Virus record (IMG/VR): IMGVR_UViG_3300010412_000110 | Location: 1-29,569 of that record | DNA length: 29,569 bases | Origin: a virus | Lineage: Duplodnaviria; Caudoviricetes | Strand: one strand, 5' to 3' | Part shown: positions 1 through 9,213 of the stretch, one piece after another | Layout of the letters: each line of letters starts with the position of its first letter | Position numbering within the stretch: position 1 is the stretch's first letter | Program-made: the position numbers and the translations under genes | The notes under the pieces: model-generated | What the model was told of the DNA's origin: nothing | What the model saw: only the letters and a program-made list of their open reading frames with translations | The model's database searches: none

Positions 1-656
1 TCAATATTTTTATCTGCTTTAATTTTAAGATTGCCGTCACTATTTATGGTGGTGTCGCCACGAACATCGATGTTGAGGTTTCCGCCCACTAACTCAAATC
101 TATCTTTTACGGACTTGATCTTTAATGTGCCATCTGGTAGAATAGTGATTTCTGCACCAGAACCATGATGGATTCTAATGCGCTCAGAACCTTTGGTATC
201 ATCAAGCTCAATTACGTGATTGCGTGTTTGGATAACTCTATTGAATGGATATTCTGCCTTGTAAGAAGACTCTGGTTCAATCTCCGAGACTTTCTTTTGT
301 TTAATGGTGTCCTTACCACGAGCAAGCATAGGAATAGAATTTTTATTCTCTTCACCCGGTGCAATCGGAAGCGTACCTACGATGTATGGCTTAGAAGTTA
401 AACCTGCGTGTTCTCCGTCAATGAAGAATCCAAATACTCTAGAGCCATTCTCAAACTGTGGAGTATCGCTTACGCCTTCAAAGGTCGCACTGGTTGTAGG
501 CAGGATTGGCACCGCCCATGGTAGATTTTCTTTTCTTATTTTACCAGCAGGGGGAAGCTCATACCAACCATAAATCTCTACCTGTACCTTGCCAGACTTT
601 TCAGGATCATTATTGTCCCTGACATTACCCTGCCACCAAATCATACCTTCCATCAT
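1..656 (-). CDS. gp5: Baseplate hub/spike protein gp5-like, N-terminal part (runs off window start)
   Basis: Not in ORF track. Manual translation from ATG at 656 (overlaps TAA of upstream gene): MMEGMIWWQGNVRDNNDPEKSGKVQVEIYG...LPWAVPILP...YPFNRVIQTRNHVIELDDTKGSERIRIHH, the gp5 OB-fold and ELDDT motifs. Confidence 0.9.
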   Translation of the reverse strand, partial: MMEGMIWWQGNVRDNNDPEKSGKVQVEIYGWYELPPAGKIRKENLPWAVPILPTTSATFEGVSDTPQFENGSRVFGFFIDGEHAGLTSKPYIVGTLPIAPGEENKNSIPMLARGKDTIKQKKVSEIEPESSYKAEYPFNRVIQTRNHVIELDDTKGSERIRIHHGSGAEITILPDGTLKIKSVKDRFELVGGNLNIDVRGDTTINSDGNLKIKADKNI

Positions 657-2053
657 TAACTCCTTTGAGGTTCCGCTTTCATGAGATTACAAGATATCAC
701 ATGCTGCGGTCTATCTGTATTCAATACCATGTGACGCAAGTGTGTGATAATGTATTTACCACTGTTTTTTGATACGTTGTCAGCGCCTGTTGGTGTCTCA
801 GTGCTATTTGAACGCGGAAACACACATTCAATAACATCGCCAACGGCAAGATTAGTATCCCCATAGATCATAATCTGTGCTTCAAATTGTGACATTCTAA
901 GAATAAGTCTTCTTCTCTTATCCAAGATTTCATTGAGATAATTCATTTCAGAAGAAATAACAACGTCTGTTCTGGTTTTTCCAAGTCTTGCTATGTCTTG
1001 TTTTGATACTAAAGTGGATGATGATGCATCTGCTTGTGTGGCTTTAGTGGAAGCGGTTAGTGTGCTTGCCTGTGGGTCATACACTCTCACATCACTATCA
1101 ACACCAAGGGCCGCAGACTCACCAGCATTACCAGTATTAATCTGATTATACGCAATGATATTGCGAAACTTCACGCCATCAACGTTTTCGTTTCTTAAAT
1201 TATCATAAACAAATACAGCATCAGTCTGATCCAATTTAAACAATTTCTTTCCTTCATTGATCAACTTTTCAATAGAAGAGAAATGATACCCATGACGGTT
1301 TAAAAAGAAAGTGTGAAGAACGTAATCTTCTACAGACACATTTGATATAGTTGCTATTTGGTGTATTGCCTGAAATGCTTTTTTATTTGTTGGAAACTGA
1401 TTGATTTGCAACTTATTCTTTACGATGATTCCTTTGGTATCATGAAGGTACTGTGCCTTTGATGGCAACTTAAAGGACTTCTTTAATGCCATGATTGTTG
1501 GATTCGATTCAACGCTTTCATCAAGAATCTTCTTAATTAAATTCTTTGGTGTTGTGTTCAATTCGAATTCAGATACGTCACCTTGTGCTGTAGTGGCTGC
1601 TTCTGGACTCATCAACTGTAGAGAATATGTTTTCATGCCATTACTAGGAACGTCAATTTTATTTCCTACGGAATTGACCTTGAACATATGTTTAATTGGA
1701 AACTTTGTTCCCGGTGTCTGAAATTCAACATATACGTATGTATCCGTATCGTCAAATATAAAGTCTTCCTGTAGGTTGATCGCATCGGCAATCTGCATAT
1801 GAGCAAAGATGACGGGAGATATTATACTTTCAAAAATGTGAAACTCAGTTACCTGACTCATCATGTCATGCTCTACGCCGCCGTTTAGCTTAAACGCCTT
1901 TATGGCGTGAATCTGAACATCGCCGGGGATAATATCGTCTCTAGCGCCCTTTGCCTGTGGTGGTGTGCTTGCGCCAGCACCATAAGTGCTAGTACCACTA
2001 GCCCTTCTAAGAGAACCATAAATGTCACGTGCAAGCGTACTAAAAAAGCTCAT
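656..2053 (-). CDS. Baseplate hub protein (gp27-like)
   Basis: 465 aa between gp53 and gp5; C-terminal IYGDTNLAVGDVIE...SGKYIITHLRH typical of contractile-tail hub proteins. Confidence 0.7.
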   Translation of the reverse strand: MSFFSTLARDIYGSLRRASGTSTYGAGASTPPQAKGARDDIIPGDVQIHAIKAFKLNGGVEHDMMSQVTEFHIFESIISPVIFAHMQIADAINLQEDFIFDDTDTYVYVEFQTPGTKFPIKHMFKVNSVGNKIDVPSNGMKTYSLQLMSPEAATTAQGDVSEFELNTTPKNLIKKILDESVESNPTIMALKKSFKLPSKAQYLHDTKGIIVKNKLQINQFPTNKKAFQAIHQIATISNVSVEDYVLHTFFLNRHGYHFSSIEKLINEGKKLFKLDQTDAVFVYDNLRNENVDGVKFRNIIAYNQINTGNAGESAALGVDSDVRVYDPQASTLTASTKATQADASSSTLVSKQDIARLGKTRTDVVISSEMNYLNEILDKRRRLILRMSQFEAQIMIYGDTNLAVGDVIECVFPRSNSTETPTGADNVSKNSGKYIITHLRHMVLNTDRPQHVISCNLMKAEPQRS

Positions 2054-2898
2054 TCTTCTTCCATCACTCTCTTAAGCTCTTGCTCTGCGGCAAACATTTG
2101 CTGAGCATCAAGTAATTGTATATTCTTTTTCTTTTCATTCTCAATCAATTCGTGATCATAATATGAAATCGGTTTCCAATAATTGGAATGTGTGAAAGCC
2201 AGCGTAGTAGAAATAACGTTTTCTACAGTAGAGATTGTGGCAGTTGTCCCAGATTCTTTACCAATAATAGTATCACCAGAGTAGAAGTAACCATAAACAT
2301 GCTGAAGAACAACCGTAGAACTGTCTGAACTTACGTTAAATCCATAGTTGGTACCATTGACCTGAATTTCTTCACCGATCTTAAAAGTGCCGGATATATT
2401 GTTGATGTTCATTGTTGCTATTCTATTGGTATTAAGAAATTCGTCTTCTTGTTTTCTAGTATATCCTTGAACGTTTAAATTATAATCAAGTAAAGGTTTC
2501 CAATATCTCTTAGAACCATCGTTAATCTTGTCATAAGATTCTTTTGTAATCTTGATTGCCTGATCTTCCCAATTGGTCTTAAAGTAGGCTATCTTTCTTT
2601 GTGCTAGCTCAATCGAACCGTACTTACTGGCAATAAAATCCATAAGCTCTAGTTCTGATAGAGGCAAATCATAGTAAGGATCGATGGTATCATTGGCAAA
2701 CCATATCAGCCACGTATAGTTAGGACTGCCATAATAAGAATTCGAAAGATTGTCAACTCTATCCTCTTCCTTAATAGTATAAGGAAAGAACAACCTTGAA
2801 TTTGATTTTGTGGCATCAGACAATCTAGCTCTAGCCATAATGTTTCTGGCTAGATTATTGTTATATGTGATTGTCGGTATTTTATTAAAGAAGTTCAT
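2050..2898 (-). CDS. gp53: Baseplate wedge subunit gp53
   Basis: FFNKIPTITY...YTIKEEDRVDNLSNSYYGSPNYTWLIWFANDTIDPYYDLPLS...YDHELIENEKKKNIQLL. Confidence 0.9.
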   Translation of the reverse strand: MNFFNKIPTITYNNNLARNIMARARLSDATKSNSRLFFPYTIKEEDRVDNLSNSYYGSPNYTWLIWFANDTIDPYYDLPLSELELMDFIASKYGSIELAQRKIAYFKTNWEDQAIKITKESYDKINDGSKRYWKPLLDYNLNVQGYTRKQEDEFLNTNRIATMNINNISGTFKIGEEIQVNGTNYGFNVSSDSSTVVLQHVYGYFYSGDTIIGKESGTTATISTVENVISTTLAFTHSNYWKPISYYDHELIENEKKKNIQLLDAQQMFAAEQELKRVMEEE

Positions 2899-2902
2899 TT
2901 CT

Positions 2903-4252
2903 TTACCTAACGTTAGTCAATGGTGTTCCACTAGCAAGTGCACGACGAGTGGCTTCTGCCTCTAAGGCTTCTCTTTCTGTGTTATATGTTATTGGTGTAC
3001 CAAAAGTTGCAGCCGGGTCATAATTATAAGTGTTTCCGCCATCTGGTTGTGGAGTTACTGTAACATTTCCATAAAGTCTATACACAAACTTTCCATCACT
3101 GGTTTTTTCAAAAGTAGTTATTGTGTTGGTTTCTGGATTATAGAAACCAGTTTTTGTACCAGAATCTAACTTGGAAATTGTTTCACTACCACTAACTATA
3201 CGAGCCTGTTGTTCTTGAGTCAACGGTACTGATCCTACCCCTGTAAATAATCTTGTACCAATATTAATCAAATCGCCAGATTCTTTTAGAACACCTGCGG
3301 CGGCTACTACACCATTACTAATGATAGTACCCGCTATACCAAGTAAAGCGGTTCCTGCATTAAATTCACCATAAATCGCATTTGCTTGTGCCGCATATGC
3401 AGGGTCCCAATCGCGGCCTGTCACATACTCTATTTCTTTAAATGAGATTGTCAATTGGTATGAAATGGGAAGATTAGTTCCTTCAAAGAACGCAGGAGTA
3501 CCAAAAGGATTATACTTTACACTGACAGAATCCATGAAACATTTTTTGATTTTGATTATGCTATTTGGAGACCAATGGAACGCTCCTGTTCCACCAGAAT
3601 CCCAAGGAAAGAAATTCAATTGACACATATAAGGATAATTTAGTACAGTAGTATTGCTCCCCTTGTTAAATGTTGGAAGTGCTCTTGCCTTTAGTTTTAA
3701 TATCAAATTTGAAATGTCTTGAGACTCTTTAGCACTCTTAGGATAGAAAGACCAACTAAATACAAAGCTTCTCAATGATGGCCCCTGAAACATCACAGAT
3801 GGATTAGGGTTTGGTGCCATACCCATTTCTTGTTGAATGGCAGAGTTAATCTTCTCTGCTGGCATGATACTGCTTATCTGCTTTTGCATGAAATCACCGG
3901 CAGTACTACTACCACCGGGCATGGCAGTCGCTGCTGCACCACCAAAACCGCTTGCACCTGATTCTATAGCTGTGCCAGCTTTACGTAAGAGAAGTGTAGG
4001 ACCAGATTCAAGTGGATTGTTGATAAAATCGCCAACAGCTTCTAGATTGTTTTCTGAGTACTTTACTGTTGTATTATCCACCAATTGATCCGGTAATGGT
4101 AGATACACAACCAATCTTTCGTTTACTTCCATTTCTCTGAAAGGATTTGGTCTCTTATACTCACCTAAACGAATTCTAGTATAATATTTACCAATGGCTG
4201 AACCTGTTGGATTCGTCGCTCTTGATGGAGTGGTTTCGTAGATACTTGCCAT
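2903..4252 (-). CDS. gp48: Baseplate tail-tube cap gp48-like
   Basis: NPNPSVMFQGPSLRSFVFSWSFYPKSAKES motif and LTISFKEIE; start placed at MASIYET (4252). Confidence 0.85.
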   Translation of the reverse strand: MASIYETTPSRATNPTGSAIGKYYTRIRLGEYKRPNPFREMEVNERLVVYLPLPDQLVDNTTVKYSENNLEAVGDFINNPLESGPTLLLRKAGTAIESGASGFGGAAATAMPGGSSTAGDFMQKQISSIMPAEKINSAIQQEMGMAPNPNPSVMFQGPSLRSFVFSWSFYPKSAKESQDISNLILKLKARALPTFNKGSNTTVLNYPYMCQLNFFPWDSGGTGAFHWSPNSIIKIKKCFMDSVSVKYNPFGTPAFFEGTNLPISYQLTISFKEIEYVTGRDWDPAYAAQANAIYGEFNAGTALLGIAGTIISNGVVAAAGVLKESGDLINIGTRLFTGVGSVPLTQEQQARIVSGSETISKLDSGTKTGFYNPETNTITTFEKTSDGKFVYRLYGNVTVTPQPDGGNTYNYDPAATFGTPITYNTEREALEAEATRRALASGTPLTNVR

Positions 4253-4256
4253 TATA

Positions 4257-4652
4257 TTATACCACCGCAATAATTTCTATGTTTTGTTCACTCTTAAACG
4301 CTGAAATTCTAGTTTCAGGATCACTATTACTTAAATAATCGGCAGTTGACAATCTACCAAAACGAGACTTCAACAAACTCTCTCTTGTTGCTCTTGCGGG
4401 ATTTAAATTCGCCATTGTATAAAATGCATCGGAAACTTCGGATACAATGTCGCTTGTTGTGCTAGAAGAAATCGCACCTATTCCTTTTTCGGAAACGCCA
4501 GCATTTGTCAACATGCTAGAAGCAGCATGAGTCGCAACAGACTTGACACTATTTGGTCTTCCTGTAATAGCCTGACTGATGATTGGATCGACTATTCGAT
4601 TGGCAAAAGGTTTGGATGCCGGTTTGATATAGTCGTTGACATTAAACGCCAT
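4257..4652 (-). CDS. Hypothetical protein, first gene of late baseplate operon
   Basis: ORF with AAGGA RBS before ATG 4652, downstream of late promoter TATAAATA. Confidence 0.65.
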   Translation of the reverse strand: MAFNVNDYIKPASKPFANRIVDPIISQAITGRPNSVKSVATHAASSMLTNAGVSEKGIGAISSSTTSDIVSEVSDAFYTMANLNPARATRESLLKSRFGRLSTADYLSNSDPETRISAFKSEQNIEIIAVV

Positions 4653-4668
4653 TGATCTTTTTTCCTTG

Positions 4669-4696
4669 AATAAATACATTGCGTAATTTATTTATA
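4669..4696. promoter_or_regulatory. Overlapping divergent T4-type late promoters
   Basis: AATAAATA on + (4669-4676) upstream of gp4; TATAAATA on - (4689-4696) upstream of baseplate operon. Confidence 0.7.
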
Positions 4697-4711
4697 CGAG
4701 ATATTATAACA

Positions 4712-5161
4712 ATGGCATACAAAGGAACCTTCAAACCAAGGAACCCTGCGAAATATAAAGGCGATCCGACTAATATTATTTATCGTTCAAGATGGGAATT
4801 GATGGTGATGCAAAAGCTTGATTCTCATCCTGACGTTATTGAATGGTCGAGTGAAGAAGTCGTTATACGATACAGGTCTCCGATTGACAATAGAATCCAT
4901 CGTTATTTCGTTGACTTTTATGTTAAGCAGCGCAATAAATATGGAGAGACAGAAATAAATTTGATAGAGGTAAAACCGTTCAAGCAGACTCAGCCACCAG
5001 CGATTATGGAAGGTAAAGGAAAGCCAACCAGACGCTATTTGAATGAGGTTATGACTTGGGGTGTCAACTCTGCCAAATGGAAAGCAGCACGTGAATTCTG
5101 TGCCGATAGAGGCTGGAACTTCGTTATTATAACAGAGAAAGAACTTGGGTTAAACTTCTAA
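4712..5161 (+). CDS. gp4: Head completion nuclease gp4 (TnsA-like)
   Basis: MAYKGTFKPRNPAKYKGDPTNIIYRSRWE...HRYFVDF...IEVKP...NSAKWKAA. Confidence 0.95.
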   Translation: MAYKGTFKPRNPAKYKGDPTNIIYRSRWELMVMQKLDSHPDVIEWSSEEVVIRYRSPIDNRIHRYFVDFYVKQRNKYGETEINLIEVKPFKQTQPPAIMEGKGKPTRRYLNEVMTWGVNSAKWKAAREFCADRGWNFVIITEKELGLNF

Positions 5162-5808
5162 TGGCAAAAATATTTGATGACATTTTGATTAATGGTATTC
5201 GTTCAGGTAAGCTACCTGCGCGAACCCAAGATGCACGTGATTGGTACAGAGAAACAGCCAAGGACTATAACTCTCGTGTTCGTGGCGGGGCTGGACCAAG
5301 AGCGGGAAGAAAAGAGTATGCCAGAATCAACGAAAAGAGATTGATGCAAGAGGATCAATCAAGACTTACTGTTGATATCGAACCCGGCCAAATGTACATG
5401 TATATGTACGATCCTAAGTATAAAGACACACTACCGTTCTACGATAAGTTTCCTCTCATCTTTCCATTTAGAGTACAGTCAGATAGATTCTGGGGCATCA
5501 ACCTTCACTATCTTCCTTTGCCTATGAGAGCAAAGTTAATGGACGGTCTATATGATCTAGCCAATAACAATAGATATGATTCTACAACCAAGCTTCAGCT
5601 TTCATATCAAGCATTGAACGCTGCATCTAAACTGAAGTATTTTAAACCCTGTGTCAAGCAATATCTTTTCTCACACATGAAATCTCAATTCGCCTACATC
5701 TATCCGGCTGAATGGGATATTGCACTATTCTTGCCACTCGAAAGATTCGAAAAGAAGAACAAGACTCAAGTCTGGGCAGAAGTCAAGAAACAGATGGGTA
5801 CGACCTAA
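5161..5808 (+). CDS. gp2: DNA end protector gp2
   Basis: YDPKYKDTLPFYDKFPLI...GINLHYLP...KPCVKQYL motifs. Confidence 0.95.
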   Translation: MAKIFDDILINGIRSGKLPARTQDARDWYRETAKDYNSRVRGGAGPRAGRKEYARINEKRLMQEDQSRLTVDIEPGQMYMYMYDPKYKDTLPFYDKFPLIFPFRVQSDRFWGINLHYLPLPMRAKLMDGLYDLANNNRYDSTTKLQLSYQALNAASKLKYFKPCVKQYLFSHMKSQFAYIYPAEWDIALFLPLERFEKKNKTQVWAEVKKQMGTT

Positions 5809-6545
5809 TGCTAAACATAAATCAATTCACCACAGATATTAATACTCGTGGTGTTCTTAAAAATAACAAATATTTGGCAACTATTTATTTTGAAAGTAGC
5901 CATTATCTGTCTAGAAGACAGAACGAGTTAAGATCGTTGCAAGTTCGTTGCGACTCTGCAACTCTACCGGGGGTGCAGTTTGCTTCGGCTGATGGACCAC
6001 CAAGATTAGGCTATGGTCCAGTTGAGCGTCACCCATACAATGTGATGTTTGATGAGCTTAGCCTATCATTTATAGTTGATGCGAATTCAGATGTACACAA
6101 GACACTTTATGATTGGATGAACTGTATTGTAAACTTTAAAGGTAAAGGTGCTTCCGATCTATTTAATGCGAATGGACCGTCTTCGGGAAGTTCATCTTCA
6201 AAGCCATGGGCAGCATATGAGGTTGGCTATAGAGACAACTATGCCGCAAAAATTGTCGTAGAAGTATTTAAAGATTCTGGGTCTGGTACAAAACTCAATA
6301 GATCAATGACTTTTACCGCATATAATGCTTTTCCTATGGGATTTCCTTCAACCAGTGTCGATTGGAATTCATCGGATTTGATGAGATTAAAGATACCATT
6401 TGCGTATACCGATTATGAAATAAAATATGATAGCTCACCAGAATTCTCTTCCGATAGGGGAACAGCGGCTGGTGAAGCATCTAATGCAAGATCAGAAACG
6501 CTTGCTTTAAATACATCTATAACAAATAACGTGGGAAGAGCCTAA
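5808..6545 (+). CDS. gp54: Baseplate tail-tube initiator gp54-like
   Basis: Tube-protein fold motifs (CDSATLPG, LSFIVD, NAFPMGF...VDWN); start at MLNINQF overlapping the gp2 stop. Confidence 0.75.
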   Translation: MLNINQFTTDINTRGVLKNNKYLATIYFESSHYLSRRQNELRSLQVRCDSATLPGVQFASADGPPRLGYGPVERHPYNVMFDELSLSFIVDANSDVHKTLYDWMNCIVNFKGKGASDLFNANGPSSGSSSSKPWAAYEVGYRDNYAAKIVVEVFKDSGSGTKLNRSMTFTAYNAFPMGFPSTSVDWNSSDLMRLKIPFAYTDYEIKYDSSPEFSSDRGTAAGEASNARSETLALNTSITNNVGRA

Positions 6546-6555
6546 GGAGTAAATA

Positions 6556-7266
6556 ATGACATTACCTAAACTTGATAAGCCAATTTTTGATATGAACATT
6601 CCTTCACAAAAAACAAATGTGAAGTTTCGTCCATTCACAGTTAAAGAAGAAAAGATTCTTCTCATCGCACAGCAAGAGCGTGATGACAAATCAATCATTC
6701 TTGCCATTAAACAAGTAATCAATAACTGTTGTCAGCAAGAGGGATTCGATGTTGACAGCCTTGCTACATTCGATCTAGAATACATGTTTTTGAAGCTACG
6801 TGCAAGATCAATCAACAACATTATCGAAGTAACATATCGTGACGTTGAAGACGGCAAAACATACGACTTTGAAATTGATCTTGATGAAATCGAAATGATT
6901 CAAAAGAAAGAAGCTTCCAACATTGTCATGATTACAGAAGATGTTGGAATTAAAATGAAGTACCCTTCGGTCACAATTATCGATGACGCTCCAACTGATG
7001 CTTCTGCTAGTGACGTTGTGGAATATTTAATTCGTAATTGTATTGATAGTATCTTTGATGCAGAAAACGTTTATCCAGCCAAAGACTACTCCGATAAGGA
7101 ACTATCAGAATGGATCGACAATCTAGATATCGAAACATTCAATAAGATTCGTGAATTCTTTGACAACTTGCCGCAGATGTATTACAAGATCGTATATACT
7201 AATTCTCTTGGTAATGAAAGAGTAATCGAATTGACAACGCTAAGCGATTTTTTTACTTGGGGCTGA
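6556..7266 (+). CDS. gp26: Baseplate hub assembly protein gp26
   Basis: MTLPKL...FRPFTVKEEKILL...FDLEYMFLKLRARS...LSDFF. Confidence 0.9.
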   Translation: MTLPKLDKPIFDMNIPSQKTNVKFRPFTVKEEKILLIAQQERDDKSIILAIKQVINNCCQQEGFDVDSLATFDLEYMFLKLRARSINNIIEVTYRDVEDGKTYDFEIDLDEIEMIQKKEASNIVMITEDVGIKMKYPSVTIIDDAPTDASASDVVEYLIRNCIDSIFDAENVYPAKDYSDKELSEWIDNLDIETFNKIREFFDNLPQMYYKIVYTNSLGNERVIELTTLSDFFTWG

Positions 7267-7298
7267 GCCATAATACATTGGCGAATTATTACACAACA

Positions 7299-7427
7299 AT
7301 GTTCTCCATGGTTCAGCACCATAAGTATTCGATTGAAGAAATAGAAGATATGATGCCCTATGAACGTGACATTTATGTTGACATGCTTATAACATTTTTG
7401 AATGAAAAAAGAGAAGCTGAAGGATAA
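7299..7427 (+). CDS. gp51: Baseplate hub assembly catalyst gp51-like (possibly made as a gp26 frameshift fusion)
   Basis: Not in ORF track. MFSMVQHHKYSIEEIEDMMPYERDIYVDMLI; this frame stays open upstream into the gp26 3' end. Confidence 0.85.
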   Translation: MFSMVQHHKYSIEEIEDMMPYERDIYVDMLITFLNEKREAEG

Positions 7428-7440
7428 GGACTCGTCATAA

Positions 7441-9204
7441 GTGGCAAAAAAGAAGACACCCTCTAAACCATTACCATTTGGGAAGGAGTTGTTAAAAAGA
7501 ACCACAGGGATTACTCTGGGTACTGACAAAGCCTTTAAGGGAATGACTAAGGGTCAGATATTTAAAACAGACCTTTATAGTAGACTGTTTGGTATTAAAC
7601 CTTCCGGTGCTGGTGGCGGTAGTCCTCTTGGCATGGCTGGTGCTGCTATGGGCAAGGGAGCACGTAAAGGTGCGGCGGTTAGTGGCGCTGCTATGCCTAC
7701 CATGGAGCAGCCACAAACTGTAAGCAACGTTTCAAATCCATCGATTGCTACTATTACATCACAACTAGAACAATTGGTTGCTACTGCTAACAGCATCGGT
7801 ATTATTACTAGAGAACAACAGGACATTCTTCTCAGTCAAATTGCTCAAGCTAATCGTGTTGCAAAAGAAAATCAGTTAGAAGAAGACAAAACCAGTTCAC
7901 TTATACCAGAAGGTCCAGATAATGGATTGACTTCTGAATTGTTGGTGCCTATTACAGATGCAATGAACAGTCTGAATGATAGGCTTGAAAGTCTCATCGG
8001 CGTTATCAATGATCAGATAGATGCTGGTGGCGATGGACCTGATTCTACTCCTACCAAAAAAGGCAAAAGAGGTAAAGGTAAAATCAATGCCACTAAAATA
8101 CCCAAAGGAAAAGTATTAAAAGAAGGTTTTACAGAAGGAGTAGACAAAACCGGAAGAAGATTCTTCAAAAATCAAGCCGGGAAATTTGCATCTGCCGAAG
8201 CCGCATTAATGAACAAACCATCATTGTGGGCAAAACTCACAAGCGGTATAGGAAAATCTACTGTAGGCACTGCCCTTAAAACTGCCGGAACAGCATTAGC
8301 ATCGACAAGGATTGCACAGCTTATTGGTACTGGACTGAGTAAAGCGGCAGCAACAAAAGTTGGTCAACAGGCTATGAATAAGTCTGTGTTGGCGGTTGCT
8401 GTGAAAAGAGTTGCTGGTCCTTTAATCGAAAGAGGCTTAGGTAAAACGGTTCTAAGATCAATTCCTATTATTGGTGCTGGTATCGGTATTGCCAGCGCAG
8501 CAAGCAGATTGGTTAAAGGTGACGTTGTTGGTGCGGGATTAGATTTGATCTCAGGTCTTGGTGGACCAATGACAGCAATCCCTGCATTCATAGCAACACT
8601 TGCTCGTGATAGCTATTCTGGTGTATTTGGTATTCAGCCAGAGGAAGACCCAGACTTTGGTCCAAGAATGACCATGTTAAAAGAAGTCTTGGAAGATATC
8701 GTTAAAGAATATCTTGGTCAAGCTATAAAAACGAAAGCTCCGACACCGGCACCAAGAATGGATGATGTACAAATACCAACCATGACAATGCAAAGACCGG
8801 AAAGTGCGACAAGCACACCAGAGCCAAGAGCAACATTATCTGGATCACCGGCAACACCTACTCCATCACCTACATCTGGCGGAACTTCTGGTGCTGCTAT
8901 GTCTAGTTCCGAAAGTGGCCCAGCATCAGAAATGCAGCCCCCAGCCGCAGATACTGGTGCACAATTATCTGTAGCTGAACAGCAACCGTCACAAGCTTCA
9001 CACGGTGAATTTATTAATGCACAATCTGTTCCTGTGGCAAATGAGTGGGAACAGTTTGGTTATGATGTTAACAGAGAAATGTTCTTCCCACAAACAAGAG
9101 CAACACCACGTGGCGGCGCAGACGGTATAGGTGCGATACCTGATCCTGTTTACAGGGCAGACAATATCGAAAATATTAAAAGAATAATTTACTTTAATTA
9201 TTAA
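7441..9204 (+). CDS. Tape-measure-like / gp29-like baseplate hub protein
   Basis: 587 aa, GTG start with AAGGA RBS; Ala/Gly-rich helical segments (RSIPIIGAGIG...GDVVGAGLD); follows gp26/gp51. Confidence 0.6.
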   Translation: MAKKKTPSKPLPFGKELLKRTTGITLGTDKAFKGMTKGQIFKTDLYSRLFGIKPSGAGGGSPLGMAGAAMGKGARKGAAVSGAAMPTMEQPQTVSNVSNPSIATITSQLEQLVATANSIGIITREQQDILLSQIAQANRVAKENQLEEDKTSSLIPEGPDNGLTSELLVPITDAMNSLNDRLESLIGVINDQIDAGGDGPDSTPTKKGKRGKGKINATKIPKGKVLKEGFTEGVDKTGRRFFKNQAGKFASAEAALMNKPSLWAKLTSGIGKSTVGTALKTAGTALASTRIAQLIGTGLSKAAATKVGQQAMNKSVLAVAVKRVAGPLIERGLGKTVLRSIPIIGAGIGIASAASRLVKGDVVGAGLDLISGLGGPMTAIPAFIATLARDSYSGVFGIQPEEDPDFGPRMTMLKEVLEDIVKEYLGQAIKTKAPTPAPRMDDVQIPTMTMQRPESATSTPEPRATLSGSPATPTPSPTSGGTSGAAMSSSESGPASEMQPPAADTGAQLSVAEQQPSQASHGEFINAQSVPVANEWEQFGYDVNREMFFPQTRATPRGGADGIGAIPDPVYRADNIENIKRIIYFNY

Positions 9205-9213
9205 GAGTTATAG

